Origin: an uncultured bacterium
GTDB lineage: Bacteria > CSSED10-310 > CAZUFC01
NCBI GenBank assembly: GCA_964619725.1
Contig: CAZUFC010000011.1
Coordinates: 89,537-113,098, forward strand
Length of the DNA: 23,562 nucleotides
Reading direction: 5' to 3'
Position numbers and translations under genes: made by a program. Below, one piece after another: positions 8,017-17,400 of the stretch; the stretch's first letter is position 1, and the number at the start of each line of letters is the position of its first letter. The notes under the pieces are model-generated. The model was not told the DNA's origin and made no database searches. It saw only the letters and a program-made list of their open reading frames with translations.

Positions 8017-9630
8017 TCACTTCCCTAAGACTTTATATAGCCGCCATCGATCTCCCATTGTTTCTACTTCCTCTATCTCCTTGATAAACTGCAAAGCATT
8101 TCGAAGCGCCCCTCTTTCGTCGTGCTGTTCGAGCAACAACAGATTATTCCTTTGAATCAGGAGATAATCCGCCCGGATTTCTTGCAGATAGGCCACGACT
8201 TCACGGTTCTCAAGAGCCTCCAAAGCTTTTCTGTTGGTCACCCCATCCAGGTTCACCACATCGATGTCATTGCAGAAATATCCGAACGCCCCGGTCTGCG
8301 GACAGGCCAGAACAGAACCCGCAGGGATGTTCCGGTTAATCCATTTTGCCGCTTCATAATACCCGCCCTCCTGAGGATTCAATGTAAAAAACTGAAAAAC
8401 GAGATTTTTATTAGTGTTAAGCAGAATAACAGCGGTTATTATGATGAAGATGAAACGTAACGCCTTCTTCTTGCGGAATATCTGTGAAATATAACTGATC
8501 ATGCAGGCATAAGAAAAGAGACTGAAAGCTATGATGGGATAATAGTAGCGGTTAAGATACCAGAATCCCAGCACGTAAAACGAATAAGCCGCCACAAGCA
8601 TGAACGGATAAGCGAGAAAACTCCAGGGCAGCCTGACGCTGCCTCTTGCCCGCCTTTCACTGTATTCACTTGCAGAAATTCTCGCTTTCGTCCGGGATAT
8701 AGCCCGGGAAACCGCCCATACGGCAGGAATAACCAGCAAATTCAGAATGTGCAATGGATAAGGAAAACGCTTCAGTATCTCCCAGGACTGCAGAAGCATC
8801 TTGCTGTACATCGTATCCCAGTTGACGTTATGACCCACGAAAGCGGACGACCAGAATCGCACGGCAGCTCCGCTTACCGGCGTCAATCCGCCGCAACTGA
8901 TGATAATAAATAAAACCCAGGGCAGACTGATGACCGCCATAGGCGCTGTCAACTGGAACAAATGCTTTCCAAACAGACGGTCCCTTCTGTCGATAAGAAA
9001 CTCAATCATAAATAAAACGATCAGAACGAACGAATCAACGCGAGCCAGAAAACTCAACCCCAACAGGCACCCCAACAGCGCCGGCGAACGTTTGCGGTCG
9101 CTTTTCAATCGAAGGAATTCCAGGAACGACCATATAATAAACAAAAAAGCCACGGAGGTTTCCATCAGGTTCAGGCCGCGATGCATGATGTTCGGATTCA
9201 GAGACCAGAATACAGCACACAGAACGGATGCCGCCGGACCGCCCACAAGAAATGCTAGTCGCACCAGAAACGCCCCGCTGATGATATTTATTAAGGCCTG
9301 AAAAACAAGGTTGAAACGCAATGGACTTATAAGATCTTCGGAAAAAAGCATGAATCCCGGTACCGAAAAAAATGTCCACAACGGCTGAAATCCTGATGTA
9401 CGGTCCTCTCCGTTCCAGGTTATCCCGTTACCCGCAGCAATATTCCTCGATATTTCCATCTCGATGAAAGAGTCATCAAAAAGAACCATGTTGCTTAATG
9501 TCTCAAATTCACGAAAACAAAAAGCAATCCTGACGACCAGACCGACCGCCAGTATCAACGCTGACCACCAGATATATTTTTTTCCCGCCGGTCTCTTCAC
9601 ACGAACATTGTTGCTGCTTATGGAATTCAT
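8017..9630 (-). CDS. Multi-pass membrane GT-C-fold glycosyltransferase (ArnT/PMT-like)
   Basis: AAGGAG RBS at 9635-9640. FDDSFI..ISRNIA.G.G..WNG loop after TM1, METS, LARVD and RYYYP motifs, and a C-terminal soluble domain (GAFGYF...VNLDGVTN). Confidence 0.78.
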   Translation of the reverse strand: MNSISSNNVRVKRPAGKKYIWWSALILAVGLVVRIAFCFREFETLSNMVLFDDSFIEMEISRNIAAGNGITWNGEDRTSGFQPLWTFFSVPGFMLFSEDLISPLRFNLVFQALINIISGAFLVRLAFLVGGPAASVLCAVFWSLNPNIMHRGLNLMETSVAFLFIIWSFLEFLRLKSDRKRSPALLGCLLGLSFLARVDSFVLIVLFMIEFLIDRRDRLFGKHLFQLTAPMAVISLPWVLFIIISCGGLTPVSGAAVRFWSSAFVGHNVNWDTMYSKMLLQSWEILKRFPYPLHILNLLVIPAVWAVSRAISRTKARISASEYSERRARGSVRLPWSFLAYPFMLVAAYSFYVLGFWYLNRYYYPIIAFSLFSYACMISYISQIFRKKKALRFIFIIITAVILLNTNKNLVFQFFTLNPQEGGYYEAAKWINRNIPAGSVLACPQTGAFGYFCNDIDVVNLDGVTNRKALEALENREVVAYLQEIRADYLLIQRNNLLLLEQHDERGALRNALQFIKEIEEVETMGDRWRLYKVLGK

Positions 9631-10037
9631 CCTACTCCTTGCCGCCCTCCGAAATTATTCTCTGCCGAACGATTGTTCGGCACGAATGATCATTTATCCT
9701 AGATAAAATGACATAAAAAGTAAAGATCGCCGTCGACTGACCACCAGACAGGCTGTATCTTGAAATTCAAATTAAAATGTCAACTGTAAACGCTATATGA
9801 TTTTTGTCCATAAATGTCGAATTAACCCTAATATCGCCTCAGAGCGCTGATTTGCTCAGTCAACTCGTAAGTAATAAAACTAATACGCTTCCTTCTCAAA
9901 TCATTGTCTTCTGATCTTAAGAAAAATTCACACTTTTATGCTGTAAAATCTCCGTTCCCTGACTGCAGTTATATTTGAATGGAAAATCAAGTTTATCCAG
10001 AGAACCCGAATAAGCCTATTAGTCAATCTCCTCATTT

Positions 10038-10066
10038 TTGACTTTCACCTGACATCCTGCTATTCT
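10038..10066 (+). promoter_or_regulatory. Putative sigma70 promoter upstream of thioredoxin
   Basis: TTGACT (10038-10043), 17-nt spacer, TATTCT (10061-10066), with TGn. Confidence 0.45.
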
Positions 10067-10311
10067 TTGTTTCGACGTCGCTTCAGTGGTTGATGCGCAC
10101 AAGCAATTATGAATTTTCGGAAAATAACTGCAGAATCTTTAACCTTCTTCTGTGCCCGAAAAAAAATATCGAATAAAACGATTTTTCGATCTCTGAATTC
10201 TTATCTGAAAAATGACGGCGGCATGTCATGCGGTCTCATTGAGCCCTGGCGTGAGAGAATGATTAATCTATCAAAGAATAAGAATACTTATCGCAAAACA
10301 AGGGAGAAAAA

Positions 10312-10677
10312 ATGGAAAATTTAACGGTGGAGACTTTTCAGGAAAAAATATGTGATTGCGGACTCGACGGAAGCAGCAAACCTGTCTGGAAATACAAAGG
10401 AAAATTACCGGCGGTCGTTGATTTTTATGCCGACTGGTGTGCTCCCTGTAAAATGATTGAACCCATTCTGGATGATCTGGCCGAGGAATACGACGGTAAA
10501 ATCGATTTCTTTCGAGTCGATACCGGCGCCCATCCTCAACTTGCAGCATTGTTTAAAATATCAAGCATTCCCAGTCTTTTATTCATTCCCTTGGACGAGA
10601 AACCTCAAATGGCGGTAGGGGCATTGCCCAAGGCCAGTTTCATCAGCGCTTTTAAGGACATTTTAAAAGTTAAATGA
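10312..10677 (+). CDS. trxA: Thioredoxin
   Basis: VVDFYADWCAPCKM active site, cis-Pro motif SIPSL, and RBS AGGGAG upstream. Confidence 0.9.
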   Translation: MENLTVETFQEKICDCGLDGSSKPVWKYKGKLPAVVDFYADWCAPCKMIEPILDDLAEEYDGKIDFFRVDTGAHPQLAALFKISSIPSLLFIPLDEKPQMAVGALPKASFISAFKDILKVK

Positions 10678-10687
10678 AAAAATTTAA

Positions 10688-11233
10688 ACATTCGACAATT
10701 CGAAACATTTCAGTATCGGTTCCTTACCAGAAATGAGGAAGCAAGTTATCAGCACCTATACCTTTACCAAAACGTACGCCATGACCGGTTGGAGAATCGG
10801 ATATCTGCATGCCGATAAAGAGCTGATGCCTCAAATCAAAAAAGCGCACATTCCCCTGGCTATTTGCGCGCCGGTCATCTCCCAGTACGCTGCGCTGGCA
10901 GCGATGAAGGCTTCTCAGGATTGCGTTCAGGAATTCAAAGAACATTACCTGGAGAGACGCAATCTGATGTGCGAACGGCTGGATGGCTTAAAGGACCTTT
11001 TCGATTATCAAAAACCCGGCGGATCATACTTGATGTTTCCCCGGATAAAAGACGAACAGGGCGCCGACTCCTTATCATTCTGCAAGAAACTTCTGCAGGA
11101 GGCTAAAGTTTCGACGACTCCTGGAATTGCCTTCGGTCCGACAGGAGAAAGTCACCTAAGGCTCTCCTTCTGCGTTGACGCAGAGACTATCGAACTGGCT
11201 TTCGATCGAATGGAAAAATACTTGAGACGTTGA
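10688..11233 (+). pseudogene. 5'-truncated class I/II PLP-dependent aminotransferase (C-terminal ~180 aa only)
   Basis: TFTKTYAMTGWRIGY (PLP lysine motif) and PGIAFG...LRLSF. In-frame family-like sequence TFDNSKHFSIGSLPEM begins at 10688, directly after an in-frame TAA (10685-10687) and 10 nt after the trx stop. The N-terminal half is absent. Confidence 0.8.
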
Positions 11234-11277
11234 AAACTACAGCGTTATTCGACGCATCAGGGTGACCGGTATCTCAA

Positions 11278-12387
11278 TCATCGAGGAAAAACAGTTTTTT
11301 TGGAAAACAATCCGGCGTAAAACGCCAACAATACCGTTAGGAGGCAGACCACCATTATAACGCCCTTATTGCCTAAGGCCGGTATTTCTTCTGGGATTTC
11401 TGTGGGCGTGGGAGTGGGCGTAAACAGGGAGAAAGGAGTATCCGTCGGTGTGGCTGTAGCGGTTGGGGCGGGAGTAGGTATTGTACAGTCATGCTCGTAA
11501 GTTATGGTCCCCGCAGTCTGTCCCGCTGCCAGGTCGCTTTCGAATGTCTGCCAGGCTTCGTAATCGTTTTTCAACATGTAATTCAACCAGCTCAGCAGAT
11601 ACTGTATGGTGATGGATTCCTGAACTTCCAGATCAATGTCCGCCGAACAACCCGCAAAAAATTCACCCACAGTGCAATTGAAATTATTCTGTGCAAACTG
11701 ACAGTGTGACGCTCCGGTGATGGTTATACGTGACTTGCAATCCGAATTCAGAGCATTATATATCGGAATCTGGTGGTCTTCAGGAGGCGTTACGCAATCT
11801 TCCGTTCCGCAGAACATCAATGTGGGAATATCAATATTCGCGGCAGCCGCTTCCGCCGAAGGATTCGTCTCCGCAGCAGCGAAATTCGCCAGAGCTGTTG
11901 CCGATGCCCCATAATCAATCGCTAAAAACGACGCTCCTCCGCCCATCGAATGACCCATTACGGCTGAAGTCACGCCTACATGATTGAAAAATATCGACCC
12001 AGGGTCCTCTCCTAAATCCGGAAAATGATTCGTCACATAACTCAGGTCTCTCCCGAATGCCTCATGACTCGGTGAAAAACCGGTCTCCGTATCCACATAA
12101 ACGATAATATACCCCTCGGGCGTCAACATATCCTTCACATACTCGTAATCGCTCCAGGGTATTGTGAATCCATGCCCGAAAACGATGAACGGAAATGCTC
12201 CCTCTGCTGAAGGGGCATCCTCCCCGCTCGTATTTGCGGGATAATAAATCTCAACGTCTATCTCCCTGTTTCGGGATGTATCATAAAACATGTGAGTCGT
12301 ATGGCCGATTTCAAATGCCCGCAAATCGCTCGCCGCCGTTAGAACGAAAAAAACAAATGTCGCCGCAATCAAATAATATCTGCTCAT
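11278..12387 (-). CDS. Secreted alpha/beta hydrolase (chlorophyllase/cutinase-like) with Pro/Thr linker and IPTL-CTERM-like anchor
   Basis: N-terminal signal peptide, GHGF oxyanion loop, GHSMGGG nucleophile elbow, GTED and GASH triad candidates. It ends TPTPTPT...IPALGNKG, TM helix, KK..R. Confidence 0.85.
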   Translation of the reverse strand: MSRYYLIAATFVFFVLTAASDLRAFEIGHTTHMFYDTSRNREIDVEIYYPANTSGEDAPSAEGAFPFIVFGHGFTIPWSDYEYVKDMLTPEGYIIVYVDTETGFSPSHEAFGRDLSYVTNHFPDLGEDPGSIFFNHVGVTSAVMGHSMGGGASFLAIDYGASATALANFAAAETNPSAEAAAANIDIPTLMFCGTEDCVTPPEDHQIPIYNALNSDCKSRITITGASHCQFAQNNFNCTVGEFFAGCSADIDLEVQESITIQYLLSWLNYMLKNDYEAWQTFESDLAAGQTAGTITYEHDCTIPTPAPTATATPTDTPFSLFTPTPTPTEIPEEIPALGNKGVIMVVCLLTVLLAFYAGLFSKKTVFPR

Positions 12388-12635
12388 TTCGCCGACCCCT
12401 TTCGTTTAACCCAGGAATTCAAAATCTACGTATTCATAACGTTCATATCCCGCTTCTCCTGCATTCAACTTCGCGAGATTCCTTCTTATTTTATATAAAG
12501 AAAATATCGATTACAAAAAACAGAATTGTTCAAATGAAAATTACATATTTAAGAATCGGGACTGATCAAAGCGGGTTTACGCTTTTTCATAAAACGCTTG
12601 AATGATAGAAATGCCATTGATTTTCATGGAGGGCT

Positions 12636-12742
12636 GTTTGTTTCGGGGTCGGGGTCGGTATCGGGATCGCAGTCGCAATCGAAACAAAATGATGGGATAT
12701 CTGTCGAATTGTAACATCAAAAGATGCATTTCTGATCACTGC
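12636..12742 (+). repeat. Dispersed intergenic repeat, copy 1 (hexamer array within a short inverted repeat plus conserved tail)
   Basis: gtttgtttc-(ggggtc)2-ggtatc-gggatc-gcagtc-gcaatc-gaaacaaaatgatggg...gcatttctgatcactgc; clearly homologous to 22594-22709. Confidence 0.85.
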
Positions 12743-12843
12743 CGAATTCTTGAATTCTCCCCACAAATGAGATATTCAAAATATGAATCCCGGAGATTCG
12801 CTTCGGGATGGCATAAAAAAGTAAAAATAATGGAGATTCGCAA

Positions 12844-15800
12844 ATGAAGAAAATTTCTTGTGCTTATTTAATCATTCTTCTGTTCTCGCTGCATGCTCTC
12901 TACTCCCCTGAAGCCGACTGCGATTCACATATTCAGAACATTACACACGAAGAAAAAGAACTTCGCCTGGTTCAGAAAAACAATGAAACGCTTGTTTCCA
13001 TGAAGGGATATGGCATGTCGGGTCGTCCGGGTGATCCGGCAGTTCCCGTGAAAACGCTATTCGTGCCTCTCCCGGAAGGAGAAAAACCAATCGGAATAGA
13101 AGTTAAATCAATTCAATGGAAAACGTTGCCCGGCTCTTATCGTCTCGCCTGCGTTCAAAAACCGGCCGTCCTTATGAATCCTCATCCGCCTCTAACTCAA
13201 CCGAATCCGGCCATCTACTCTTCCCATGAACCCTTTCCATCCGAGCCTCTAAAATTCGTTAAAGAGGGAAAAGGATTCGGTAAGAGGTTTGCTCAATTGA
13301 GTTACAGTCCCGTTCGCTGGTTTCCCGGTACCGGCATAATCCAGACTATTGATGAAATAGAATGGGAATTGACAACCGAAAGGCTGAAGGACATCCAAAA
13401 CCCGAACACAAACATAACTCCGTCTCTCCCTGTTCTGGATTCAAAAGATTTGTTTTCTCGAAAATCTCGCTCCAACGAAAAAGACCCGGCAAATCCCCGT
13501 TACGTCATCATCACCTCCGCTGCCCTGGAGTCTGCCTTCGGTCCTCTGGCCGAGTGGAAAACTCAGAAAGGAATAAAAGCTGTCATTCAGACCGTCGAAT
13601 ACATAAACGACAACTACCCGGGAATCGACTCAGCGGAAAAAATCCGCAACTACATCATAGAATGCAAAAATAACTGGGAAATCGACTACGTTTTACTGGG
13701 CGGCGATACCGATCATGTTCCCGCCCGGACGGCCTGGGCCATGGATTGCGAGGCAGGATTCTACCCGGATGAAAACGAAATCCGCGCCGATCTTTATTTC
13801 GCTGATCTTGACGGAAACTGGGACGCTGACGGCGACGAAATTTACGGTGAAATTGAAGACGACGTCGACCTTATACCCGACCTGTTCATCGGCAGAGCGC
13901 CTGCAGGCGACGCAGATGAAGCCGAAGCCCTGACGGAAAAATGGATTAACTATGAAAAATCACCCTCACCTGATTATGTCTACGACGTTCTTTTCGCCGC
14001 CGAAATTCTATGGAACAATCCCTATACCGATTCCGGCATCTTTAAAAACATGATTGACGACGACAGCATGCCGGATCGCTACGACCCTGTTACGAAACTG
14101 TATGAATCTCTGGGGAATGAATCCGATACCGCCGTCATTGCCGCCATGAACGATGGTCAGCATTTCGTCGACCACGCCGGACACGCCAATTATTCCATCA
14201 TATGCACGGGAAACGGGTCCATCAGCCGCTCAGAAGCCGATGCGTTGACCAATTACTCTCAACAGTTCATCATATACTCTATCGGTTGCTGGGCCTCCGC
14301 CTTCGATAAAGAATGCATCGCCGAATCGTTCATAAACAACGATACGGGCGGCGCCGTCGCCTTCATCGGCAATTCCCGGTACGGATGGGGTTCACAGGGC
14401 AATCCCGGCTGGGGATACTCCAGCCAGATAGACCGGAAATTCTTCGATATTCTTATGTCGGAAAATATGTTTGAATTGGGAAAGAATCTTACCGCAGCAA
14501 AAATGTTCTATGTTCCGCTCTCTCACGAAGAAAACGTATGGCGTTGGCACCAATACCAGCTCAACCTTCTCGGCGATCCGGAAATGCCCGTCTGGACGCG
14601 ACTCCCGGCTGATCTTACGGTCGATTTTCCCCCAGTTATAACCACAGGCCCTTTTGATTTTCCCTTAACCGTCCTTTCTTCAGGTTCTCCGCTGAAAAAC
14701 GCCAGAGTATGCCTTTTCTCTGAGGAAGAAAACATTTATAAGGTCAAGAACACGGACGCGGCAGGCAGAGCATATTTCTCCGGGACGGCTTCAAATCCCT
14801 GTTCCATCACGATTACCGCCTGGGCGCCTAACCACATTCCCTGCGAAGGCTCGCTCATCGTCTCCGATTCCGGCGCCTATGTCGGTCCTGTCGGTCACAC
14901 TATCGACGATGACAACACGGGTTCAAGCGCCGGCAATAACGATCAGATCATCGAGCCGGGCGAAACCTTCGAATTACTCCTGAACGTTAAAAATTTCGGC
15001 TCTTCCGCCGTGTCAGACGTCGCTGCCGAATTCTCCTCCTCAGCTCCAGAACTGACCGTGCTGCAAAATATATCTTCATTCGGCGCCCTGTCTCCAGGAG
15101 AAGAAAAACAGTGCGTTACCCCCTTCGTCATCGCGGTTTCTGATTCCGCTGCGCCTAATCAGTCCTGTTCCGCTTCCATTAATATATCCTTTACTCAAAA
15201 ATCCGATAAACAGAAAATTCTGCACTCATACCCCCTCTATGTCGCCGGATATGAACTGTCGCTGGAATCTTACGTCATTTATGATCTCCAACCCCTGGGC
15301 GATGAAGATGCCGCTGCCGAACCCGGCGAAACCTTTGAACTCAGCCTGGTTCTCCATAATTCCGGAGACGGTTGGGCCTATTCCCCCTCCGGCATGCTCA
15401 CCTCCGGCAATCCTCACGTTAATATTATCTCCGATACGGCAGCCTTCTATGATATTCCCCCCGACGCTTCCTTCGGATCACAGCTCTTCTTTGAAGCAGC
15501 GCTGGAAGGCAGCCTTCCCGGCGGCGAATTCCCGGCTTTTCAGTTGACCGTCAATGCCCAGGGCGCTCAAGCCGATCAAATACTCGACTTTGTCATCGCT
15601 GCCGGAAACACAGGATTCCATGACGATATGGAAAACGGAGAAAATAACTGGAATCACGGCGGCGATAACGATAACTGGCACCTTTCCGACTATCGATGTC
15701 ATTCGGAAAATTACTCCTGGTACGAAGGCTCAGAAATTTACCATAATTATATGCCTGAAATGGATGCCTGGCTTGAAACCATTCCATTCACACTCGCTCC

Positions 15801-16356
15801 CGATTCCTCCCTGACCTTTCAACGATGGTTTAATTTTCCCATGTACGGTTCAGACGGTTGTTTCATAGAAATCTACCACGGCAGTCAATGGACAGCCCTG
15901 GATTACCTCGCCAGCGGCGGCGCACTCGGCCTCCTGGACCTCAACAGCGATTGGAATTCTCACGAAATCGACCTCGCAGACTTTTCCGGCCAGGTTAAAA
16001 TTAGATTCAGATTCGTCTCAGATTACTATGATAACCTCGAAGGAATTTATATCGATGACGTTCATATTCATGGTTACACCGGCAGTCCATGGGGCTCCGA
16101 ACCTCTTCCCCCCTCTTATACGCCGACCGTGCTCCCCTCTTCTACCCCGACCGTGCCGACTCAAACCTTCACCATGACTCCCACCTGCACAATTCCGCCT
16201 TCCCATACGCCCTCGCAAACCCCTACCGCTCAAAAACCCATCCCGGCCTGCAATCCCTTCGGCATCTTCCTTATCGTCATCCTGCTTTCCTCTGCACTCA
16301 TGAAATGCAGAAAATCCCTTCGTCCTCATACCTCTAATTCTCCCATCAATAACTAG
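12844..16356 (+). CDS. Gingipain-like C25 family cysteine peptidase, multidomain, with IPTL-CTERM-like anchor
   Basis: Signal peptide, propeptide (PGDPAVPV), C25 core (YVIIT, WKTQKG, YVLLGGD, GRAP, AGHA His at 14182, IGC Cys at 14287, LNLLGDP), Ig-like domain, two EPGETFEL..N.G modules, a jelly-roll/MAM-like domain (FRFVSD...IYIDDV), P/T linker, then IPACNPFG, TM helix, KCRK. Confidence 0.9.
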   Translation: MKKISCAYLIILLFSLHALYSPEADCDSHIQNITHEEKELRLVQKNNETLVSMKGYGMSGRPGDPAVPVKTLFVPLPEGEKPIGIEVKSIQWKTLPGSYRLACVQKPAVLMNPHPPLTQPNPAIYSSHEPFPSEPLKFVKEGKGFGKRFAQLSYSPVRWFPGTGIIQTIDEIEWELTTERLKDIQNPNTNITPSLPVLDSKDLFSRKSRSNEKDPANPRYVIITSAALESAFGPLAEWKTQKGIKAVIQTVEYINDNYPGIDSAEKIRNYIIECKNNWEIDYVLLGGDTDHVPARTAWAMDCEAGFYPDENEIRADLYFADLDGNWDADGDEIYGEIEDDVDLIPDLFIGRAPAGDADEAEALTEKWINYEKSPSPDYVYDVLFAAEILWNNPYTDSGIFKNMIDDDSMPDRYDPVTKLYESLGNESDTAVIAAMNDGQHFVDHAGHANYSIICTGNGSISRSEADALTNYSQQFIIYSIGCWASAFDKECIAESFINNDTGGAVAFIGNSRYGWGSQGNPGWGYSSQIDRKFFDILMSENMFELGKNLTAAKMFYVPLSHEENVWRWHQYQLNLLGDPEMPVWTRLPADLTVDFPPVITTGPFDFPLTVLSSGSPLKNARVCLFSEEENIYKVKNTDAAGRAYFSGTASNPCSITITAWAPNHIPCEGSLIVSDSGAYVGPVGHTIDDDNTGSSAGNNDQIIEPGETFELLLNVKNFGSSAVSDVAAEFSSSAPELTVLQNISSFGALSPGEEKQCVTPFVIAVSDSAAPNQSCSASINISFTQKSDKQKILHSYPLYVAGYELSLESYVIYDLQPLGDEDAAAEPGETFELSLVLHNSGDGWAYSPSGMLTSGNPHVNIISDTAAFYDIPPDASFGSQLFFEAALEGSLPGGEFPAFQLTVNAQGAQADQILDFVIAAGNTGFHDDMENGENNWNHGGDNDNWHLSDYRCHSENYSWYEGSEIYHNYMPEMDAWLETIPFTLAPDSSLTFQRWFNFPMYGSDGCFIEIYHGSQWTALDYLASGGALGLLDLNSDWNSHEIDLADFSGQVKIRFRFVSDYYDNLEGIYIDDVHIHGYTGSPWGSEPLPPSYTPTVLPSSTPTVPTQTFTMTPTCTIPPSHTPSQTPTAQKPIPACNPFGIFLIVILLSSALMKCRKSLRPHTSNSPINN

Positions 16357-16372
16357 AAAAGGACTCATCACC

Positions 16373-17188
16373 ATGCCGCACGCCTATCCCGACATACATG
16401 TTCCGGATTACTTGAAAAATATCGTGATCGTCCTCCATAACCCTCAATTCGGCGGCAATATCGGCGCGGCATTTCGTGCAGTGAAAAATACGGCCCTGGG
16501 ACAGGTCCGCCTCGTCAACCCCCCCCCTGATTTTCATAAATCAGCCTATAATATGGCTCACGGCGCCAGAGACCTGCTCTACGACGCACCCGTGTTCTCC
16601 TCTCTGCACGAAGCCGTCGCTGATTGCGGACTCGTCCTCGCAACGACCAGACGTACCGGCGGTTGGCGGCAAACCGTCATCGACTGCAAAACAGCATCAA
16701 ACGTTATTCTGCAACATGCTAAAAATAACCTCGTCGCCGTCGTCTTCGGACAGGAAGATTGCGGACTGCCTAACAAAGAAATCGTTAAATGCCCCTATAT
16801 CATCAATATTCACGTCTCGCCCGATTTCCCCTCTATCAACCTCGCCCAAGCCGTCCTTATCATCGGTTACGAAATCTTCTCCGCAGCCAAAGAACTGCCG
16901 CAGGATTCAGAACCTCCCGAGTCAGCCCCTAATCACCAGCTCGAACTGCTGATCGATTCCCTTAAAAAACTGCTCCTTCGCGTCGATTACATCAGATACG
17001 GAGACCCCGATTATAAAATGATACCCATACGTCAAATGTTCGCCAGGGCCGGAAACCTTAAAAGAGACATCAATATCTGGCTCGGCGTCGCCAATAGAAT
17101 CACTCGAAAATTAAATTTACTGGAAAATAAAAAATCCACAGGAAACGAAAACGCTCAACAAAACTCCAGCTCATACAAGAAAAAATAA
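16373..17188 (+). CDS. trmJ: TrmJ/LasT-family SPOUT RNA methyltransferase
   Basis: IVIVLHNPQFGGNIGAAFRAVKN, MAHGARDLL, VFGQEDCGL and SINLAQAV motifs. AAAGGA RBS upstream. Confidence 0.8.
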   Translation: MPHAYPDIHVPDYLKNIVIVLHNPQFGGNIGAAFRAVKNTALGQVRLVNPPPDFHKSAYNMAHGARDLLYDAPVFSSLHEAVADCGLVLATTRRTGGWRQTVIDCKTASNVILQHAKNNLVAVVFGQEDCGLPNKEIVKCPYIINIHVSPDFPSINLAQAVLIIGYEIFSAAKELPQDSEPPESAPNHQLELLIDSLKKLLLRVDYIRYGDPDYKMIPIRQMFARAGNLKRDINIWLGVANRITRKLNLLENKKSTGNENAQQNSSSYKKK

Positions 17189-17400
17189 AATCTTCCGCAC
17201 TGGCTTCTCACCGCATAAACTGAAGGTCGACGGCTGAAAACGAATCCTGCAAAAACATCGCATTACATGACAAATCCCGCTGCCATGTCCTTGAAGGAAT
17301 AACGCTTCCAGCCGCCATACTTTAATCCGCTTGAAAACAGCGCTTCTGTATCAAAAATACGCGCCTCTGAACGCTCCTTTCTGAGCCGTGCAATCCCTTC

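Noticed and set aside
9838-9875. tRNA-like fragment agagcgctgatttg
   Set aside because: There is no cloverleaf, T-loop (GTTCRA) or acceptor stem.
12636-12690. Possible CRISPR array or iteron set in the hexamer repeats
   Set aside because: The units are 6-7 nt and contiguous with no spacers, and no cas or rep gene is nearby.
12602-12847. 81-aa ORF with GRGRYRDRSRNRN
   Set aside because: The Arg-alternating tract is just the translation of the non-coding hexamer repeat. The second copy of the repeat does not preserve a comparable ORF.
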